A stretch of DNA of 64,000 nt. Source: Macrostomum hystrix. Taxonomy: Eukaryota; Animalia; Platyhelminthes. The stretch lies in the NCBI GenBank assembly GCA_950097015.1, contig CATNEN010000039.1, positions 17,298,001-17,362,000 on the forward strand. Direction: 5' to 3'. Position 1 is the first letter of the stretch; each line of letters opens with the position of its first letter. Positions 58,287 through 64,000 of the stretch are shown here, one piece after another. The position numbers and the translations under genes were made by a program. The notes beneath the pieces were generated by a model. It searched no databases, was not told the DNA's origin, and saw nothing but the letters and a program-made list of their open reading frames with translations.

Positions 58287-59594
58287 TCAGTCGGACGCAT
58301 ACGGCTTGATGACAAACAGACCGATGATGAGGGCAGTGGCCGCCACTCCCAGAGCCACCATCAGTCGCTCCATGGCGTGGGCCGCCATCACCCAGTCGGA
58401 CCTGGACACAGCTCCGTCCACCTTCCGCACACTGGCCTCGCTGCCACCTGCAGCCGTCGGAGACTGGTCGACAAGGCCAGTGGCGGAGGCGCCGTTCACG
58501 CAGAACAGGCGGCCTAGAAATCGAACAAGCACTGCGCGGGCCCAGCTAGGCATGCGGGAGTCCTCCGGGGCGAAATGAAACCGCATGATTAGAGACGTCA
58601 GCAGCAGTGAGATTGTTGACAGAGCCATGGCTGTTGTGATGAACGAAGCAATGGCAGGCGTTGCCTGCGACTTTGGCACGATGCCGTCCAGCAGCAGTAG
58701 GAACACCGTGTAGCTCAGCATGATGGTGATGCCGAAGCCCAGCTTCTCTCCTGACTCCAGCGGCACAAAGTACACGAGCACCTGCAGCAGAGTCAGCAGC
58801 AACAGTGGCGTGATGACGTTGACAAAATAATAAGTTGAGACGCGCTTGATCTCCAGGCGAAGGATGAAAGTGGGCAAAGGCACTTTACTGGAGAGGCCTT
58901 CAAACACATTGAAGAACTTCGGTTCGGACCAAGCGCTGGCATTCAGCATGTACCACTCGCTATTTGGCTGGTAGGTGCCTAGTATGTTGAAGGACGGGAA
59001 TGCGCGCCTCGGCTGCAACAACTGGTTGCCGTTTCCCTCGTCGCTGACGAAGAACAGCAGCTCGCAAGTGTGCTGATCCAGCGGAAACTTGCTCATGTCG
59101 AACTGGCAGGAGAACTCAAAGTCGTTGCGCCACGTGGCAGTCACGTAGGACAAATTGTGCGCCACAGACCTGAGATACACGGGCAACTGCTTGGTCAGAA
59201 CCTGGTTGTCGCCAATGCCATTGTAAAGAATGATCAGAGGGAACCAGGCCTCGTCGGGGTTCCATTTCATAACGGAAATGTTGCCAAAGTCGGCTGGATT
59301 CCACACTAGCCGCTCGTCGGGCCAGCTGGCCATCGTGAGCGCCGAGATCTTGAGACTCTGCTTGGCGCTGTCCACGGAAACCAGCTGGCTTACCGTGATG
59401 TCCATGTCCAGGTACACAACCTGGCTGGCATTGCGACACGGCCGAAGCAGCGGACTAAAGCCGGTGATGTTGTTCTTCAGGTAACTAACCAGCTCGGCTG
59501 CGGGATCGGTGCCGATTGTTTGGCTCAGGCAGCCGTTGCCGCTGAGGGTAACGAGGACGAGGCACAAGGCAGACAGCAGCCTGCCTTGTGGCAT
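58287..59594 (-). CDS. Cys-loop ligand-gated ion channel subunit (nAChR-like, non-alpha), 435 aa, intronless
   Basis: Signal peptide, W-x-D-x-x-L-x-W, W-x-P, Cys-loop CQFDMSKFPLDQHTC, M1 YFVNVITP, M2 GEKLGFGITIMLS, M4 AMERL. Confidence 0.93.
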   Translation of the reverse strand: MPQGRLLSALCLVLVTLSGNGCLSQTIGTDPAAELVSYLKNNITGFSPLLRPCRNASQVVYLDMDITVSQLVSVDSAKQSLKISALTMASWPDERLVWNPADFGNISVMKWNPDEAWFPLIILYNGIGDNQVLTKQLPVYLRSVAHNLSYVTATWRNDFEFSCQFDMSKFPLDQHTCELLFFVSDEGNGNQLLQPRRAFPSFNILGTYQPNSEWYMLNASAWSEPKFFNVFEGLSSKVPLPTFILRLEIKRVSTYYFVNVITPLLLLTLLQVLVYFVPLESGEKLGFGITIMLSYTVFLLLLDGIVPKSQATPAIASFITTAMALSTISLLLTSLIMRFHFAPEDSRMPSWARAVLVRFLGRLFCVNGASATGLVDQSPTAAGGSEASVRKVDGAVSRSDWVMAAHAMERLMVALGVAATALIIGLFVIKPYASD

Positions 59595-60057
59595 GCTATG
59601 AAATGCTGATAGTTGGAGCTACCAGAACTCAATGGTACTGAGTACCGGACCAGTTGGACTATTAGCGAAATCCTCTTCAATTTATAATTTTCAAGCATCT
59701 CTGCAAATAATGAGTATAGCGCATCTGCACATTCAGAGAAGCTTTTGAAACAATGGAGCTCTTGCTAGAATTAGCTTCCTTAGCAACCTCGTCAAAGGCA
59801 GCTGTTTCAGGTGGCATGTGCTTTTGTGAGTTTCTGCAGTCAGCCTTCAAGGATTTTTAACAGTAGTATTCTCCAAGTGGACCAACAAGTGGCCCTTACC
59901 ACCAAATTCCCTGTCAGTGAAAGATATTTGAGCAGCTGCAGCTGGCCCACTCAAAATTTCTCCGCTTAACTTTAAATTTATTCTCATTAAGTTGAAAAAG
60001 TTTCTACGCGAAAGAAAGAAATACCTACAAGAAATACCTACAAGCCTAGGATATTGA

Positions 60058-60225
60058 CACCATAGCATTGAAATAAACACCATAGCGTTGAAATAAACAC
60101 CATAGCGTTGAAATAAACACCATAGCGTTGAAATAAACACCATAGCGTTGGGATAAACACCATAGCGTTGAAATAAACACCATAGCGTTGGGATAAACAC
60201 CATAGCGTTGGGATAAACACCATAG
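60058..60225. repeat. 20-bp minisatellite (CACCATAGCGTTGAAATAAA)
   Basis: 8 units. Confidence 0.9.
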
Positions 60226-60274
60226 GCCGCCTAACGTCATTTTAATTCTTTTGTGCTTTTGTGTGCAATAAAAA

Positions 60275-60568
60275 TTGATTACACCTGCCCCAATGGGGCT
60301 AGATGTGCAGCCGACAGCACAGCCGCAACTGTTACGCGGCGCAACTGAAGGCTGCGTACGGCTGTTCAGTCCATGGACTGGGGGGACGCCACAACCACCC
60401 CAAATTACCCCAGCTAATGCTCCTACCCATTTAACAGTGAACTAAACCATTGTAGATCAGTGCCTTGTGACTTTCTAAAGGGCACATTGTTGTTCCAGTA
60501 GAGTCGGGAATCGAACCCCCGACCTTCAAGTCGTGAGTCCGACGCTCTAAACACAAGGCTACAGCCTC
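60275..60568 (-). mobile_element. tRNA-derived SINE (family B)
   Basis: Reverse complement of the 61633-61952 element: head gtagcc..tagagcgtcggactcacgacttgaaggtcgggggttcgattcccga, 3' end ggggcaggtgtaatcaatt. Confidence 0.85.
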
Positions 60569-61576
60569 ATCTAACAACATCCAACAACAGAATATCAGAA
60601 AAATGATATGATATATATTCGTATATTCTGTTTCTGTCCAGAACGCGTGCGTCTATAATTAGTTTTAGAAATATTTATTTGATAATATGGATCAAGTTGC
60701 ACACATTAATGAAATGTGGGCGTCAAACGCACTGCAAAAAGTAATGACTAATTAGTATTAGGGAATTTTTGCAGAAAAATATAACAACATGTAATAAATA
60801 AGTAATTTTACTTTCATCGAACATTACAAGGTACAAATGTTCGACCACTTATAAAAAATAACCCTTTTTTAGAGCAATTAGAGGCAAATATAAATAATCA
60901 CAAAGTTGAAATAAAACGAGTTCTACTCATAGTAGATAAAACTACAGAGCAACAGATAAATTACTCGTAGTAAGTATATAGATCATGGTCCGATAATTCC
61001 TTACAATATGCAAAGTTAAGAGGAAGTTAAATAACTTTTATATCGCGTAATACGGTTTCAGAAACCAAAGTTTTTTTTCATTCGCATTTAAAAACAAAAT
61101 GCTAATAAAAATATTGCTAATAATATTTTAAGCTTGCAATAAAATAATTCAAAGCAAAGCAGAAAGCCGTTCGTGAATAATAGTCTTCATTATTTTGCCT
61201 CGAAGATGGTAAAAATATAAAGAAAAAAATATTATTTAAGCTGTGCCAAGACTATCATTGAATCTGAGAAAGGAATGCGCAACACAGTCACTGAGACACA
61301 AAAATACACTCACCATTAGCATCACTTACATTTTTAAAGCTTAGAAAACCAGTGTGCTCAACACAGGGCAAGAAGCTGAGAGTACAATATTGCACTAATA
61401 CAATTACATTTAGAAACAAAACTAACGTTAGCAACCAGTCCGCATCGCATCCGTTAGCAAAAGGTGAAAATATTTGAAAGCCAGAAATTTTATTTTCCAG
61501 GAGATGTTGCAGACAGCGTCAGACTCAATGTCACAAGGTCATGAGCTTGAATCCGCAGAATAAAACAATAATAATT

Positions 61577-61615
<39 letters not shown>

Positions 61616-61632
61616 GTATTATTATTAATATA

Positions 61633-61952
61633 GAGAGGTTGTAGCCTAGTCGTTAGAGCGTCGGACTCACGACTTGAAGGTCGGGGGTTCGATTCCCGAC
61701 TCCACTAGAACAATTTGTGTCCTTTAGCAAGACACTTAACTCTGCATTGCTTCAGTTCACCCAGCTGTTAAATGGGTACCTGCATCAGCTGGGATAATTG
61801 AAGGTGGGTGTGGGCGTCCCCCCAGTCCATGGACTGAACTGCCGTACGCAGCCTTCAGATGCGCCGCGCAATAGCTGCGGCTGTGCTGTTGGCTGCACAT
61901 CTGGCCTAATTGGGGCAGGTGTAATCAATTAATTATTATTATTATTATTATT
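61633..61952 (+). mobile_element. tRNA-derived SINE (family B) with a CORE-like central domain, inserted in (TTA)n
   Basis: B-box GGTTCGATTCC. Central tgtgtcctttagcaagacacttaac..aaatgggtacc resembles the CORE domain. (TTA)n on both flanks. Confidence 0.85.
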
Positions 61953-61957
61953 AATAT

Positions 61958-62220
61958 AATTGCAGGAGGGCTGCAGGCATGGCACAACATGCGGTGACAC
62001 TCAATCCGCAGCCAGCGAGGAGGCAATTCCGCCCACTTCGCTGACTCCTGAGCACACACTCACATAGGGTGTGTGTACATCTGCCCTGACTTTCTCATCG
62101 TCAGGCAGCGAAAACTTTCACTGTGCCTTAGAGGTTGGCCCTCAAGGGCGCAAATTAAACGACCGCAATGCGAGTGAATGTGGCCTCGCCGCGGAATCGA
62201 GCTCAGGGACCTTGGTGTGA
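61958..62220 (-). mobile_element. SINE family A copy, tail-to-tail with SINE B
   Basis: Reverse complement matches 29450-29766. Confidence 0.8.
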
Positions 62221-62467
62221 GACAATCGCTGTGCCAATTACCCGCCGAAATAAAATTACGCTGATAAGGGGCAACCCAAAGGTAAAGTAATAATGCACAC
62301 TGCCTGACAGCGCAGATGTACACACCTGTGTGAGTGTGTGCGCAAGGCCTCCTTGCTGTATGATAATGCCGTATCACAGTTATGTCTAGAATCTAGATAG
62401 CAAACCCTGTCATTTCTACTTAAACAAAAGTCACAGTAGTATGTAGAGCAGTCGGGCTGTCCAGAAT

Positions 62468-63437
62468 TCAGTTAATTTCTGCCCATTCGCGGCTGTCTCG
62501 CGGCAGGAAGCTGATTGACTCTACGTGAATAGCATCGGCGGCTTCGACGTCTAGCGGGCACGGATGAAGCTCAACAGCGCAGCGTCTGTCATCGTTGTCA
62601 TCTTCGTCATCGTCGGCGCAGAGGCTGACTCTGGCCATGGAAGATACGGCGGCGTCAGCCCGGATGCCGTCAGCCGGCAGCAGGGTGGCGTCGCTCCACG
62701 CGACGGCAGAGGTGGCGGCCGCGGCGCCGACAACGACCTCGCCGCATTCATCGCCCTGGCTGGCGCCATCATGAACGCCGCGGCAGTGACGGCAGAGCGC
62801 CTTGCATTTGCAGCAGACAATGAATGGCGCGGCTAGCAGGACAAACGGGCTGACAATAACGACTAGCAGTGAGAATCCGAAGAATATTGCGCCCACCTGC
62901 ATGGTTTGCGTTCAAACTTGGAGCTCAGTGTTAGTTCATCTACTAGAGTAGAAGCAAAGAAAGCTCTGCTAAAAACGGCCCATTGTAGGGTCGCCCTATT
63001 TGCGCGGATTCGGCTGTAAACTGGCAAACTCATAAATTATCTCATTTAATGATTAAGTTGCTAAGATGCAGTCTAATGGTAGCTATCTGTGGGCGCTGGT
63101 TTGCAAAAAACTCGACATGCAAAGCCATGCTATGTAGCGGTCTAGAGTGTTGAAAAGCTAATAAATTAATAATAGCAATTAATATAATTAATAGCAATAT
63201 GCTCCGCTAAGCTACAGGATGAGTGAGAACTCAGGATTAAAAGACTCAGAACGCTCGCACTCTAAAATACAAGCAAATTCCTGCACAATGGCAGCAAAAT
63301 AGAAACAGGTGCTCGCGCACTGGAGCAGTTACAGCTAGGCAACATACCTGAATGCGGTGCATAATGAGAGAGGCCCGCGAGTGCCCCAGCTTGTACTTGC
63401 ACGGTCCCTGATCGTAGTGCCGCAAGAAGAAGTCGCC
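62468..63437 (-). CDS. RNF144: RNF144-type RBR E3 ubiquitin ligase, last two coding exons (5' part beyond the window)
   Basis: Exons 63437-63348 ([30 protein letters not shown]) and 62896-62468 ([32 protein letters not shown]...) match the RNF144A/B pre-TM and TM signature. GT-AG phase-0 intron. Confidence 0.88.
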
Positions 63438-63682
63438 CTTTGAAGGCGGGTAGAAAAAAAGAGGGCAGGTAAAAACACAGGGTTAAGGTAAATGGCTAAT
63501 GAAACAGACAGGACACAGACGAGTAGCAAAAATGAAATCCCTCCGCGCCATCTAACAGCTGCAGCAAATGTCAAAGTGAAGTAATCTTTGTCAAAGTCAA
63601 CGATGTAGCGTCATTTTCTTTGTTCTTAAGTAGCGAAACAGCCAAGCCCATCGGTTTTGGAATCCATCCGGCTCTAACACAA

Positions 63683-63835
63683 AGGTGCCTGAGCTCTATT
63701 CCGCGCATTATTTTCGGGCGCAGCCGCAGAGACAAGGCTTTGAGGCTTGTCGTGCAATTTATGTCAACGTGGGCCAGCCTCCAAGGCACAGTGAGAGTGT
63801 ACACTGCCTGACGATGAGAAAGTCAGGGCAGATGT
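63683..63835 (+). mobile_element. SINE family A, 5' half, in an RNF144 intron
   Basis: Matches 29452-29616 and stops at ..gggcagatgta. Confidence 0.75.
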
Positions 63836-63854
63836 AGTAATAGTAATACTATTA

Positions 63855-64000
63855 TTACTGATTGCACGAGGGCTGCGGGCATCATGTGGTGACACTGGAC
63901 CCGCAGCCAGCGAGGAGGCAATTCTGCCCATTTTACTGACTCCTGAGCACACACGCACACAGATACTGTACGCAGGCACACACTCACACAATTGTGTACA
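63855..64000 (-). mobile_element. SINE family A, 3' half in inverted orientation (runs off the window)
   Basis: Reverse complement matches 29613-29766. Confidence 0.75.

Noticed and set aside
60500-61705. Additional tRNA genes at ~60500-60568 and ~61635-61705
   Set aside because: They are SINE heads: they continue into a shared body and tail, and I could not fold a complete cloverleaf

Overview
This is eukaryotic (invertebrate metazoan) genomic DNA. Single-exon GC-rich genes with poly-Q tracts, introns packed with minisatellites and unpaired splice acceptors just upstream of ATGs resemble a free-living flatworm such as Macrostomum (inference only). Genes supported from the sequence: VPS25 (-), a 4-exon copine (-), a METTL24-like protein (-), an atypical class A GPCR (-), a p62/SQSTM1-like PB1-ZZ-UBA protein (+), tRNA-Trp(CCA) (+), a 6-7-exon JNK (-), a non-alpha Cys-loop channel subunit (-) and the last two exons of RNF144 (-). 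Mobile DNA: a decayed mariner transposase, a 3.45-kb CCC...GGG TIR element with a spliced BEN/DUF4806-like cargo gene, two hAT-type MITE families (2 copies each) and three tRNA-derived SINE families. About 18 separate tandem arrays account for most of the long ORFs in the supplied track, and those ORFs are artefacts. The most striking pattern is that all three copine introns and most JNK introns carry their own minisatellite. On the sense strand these are C-rich and built from 3'-splice-site-like or branch-point-like words, with a TTCCCAT(n)AG core shared by the three otherwise unrelated copine arrays. Exon boundaries were derived by hand and need RNA-seq confirmation.
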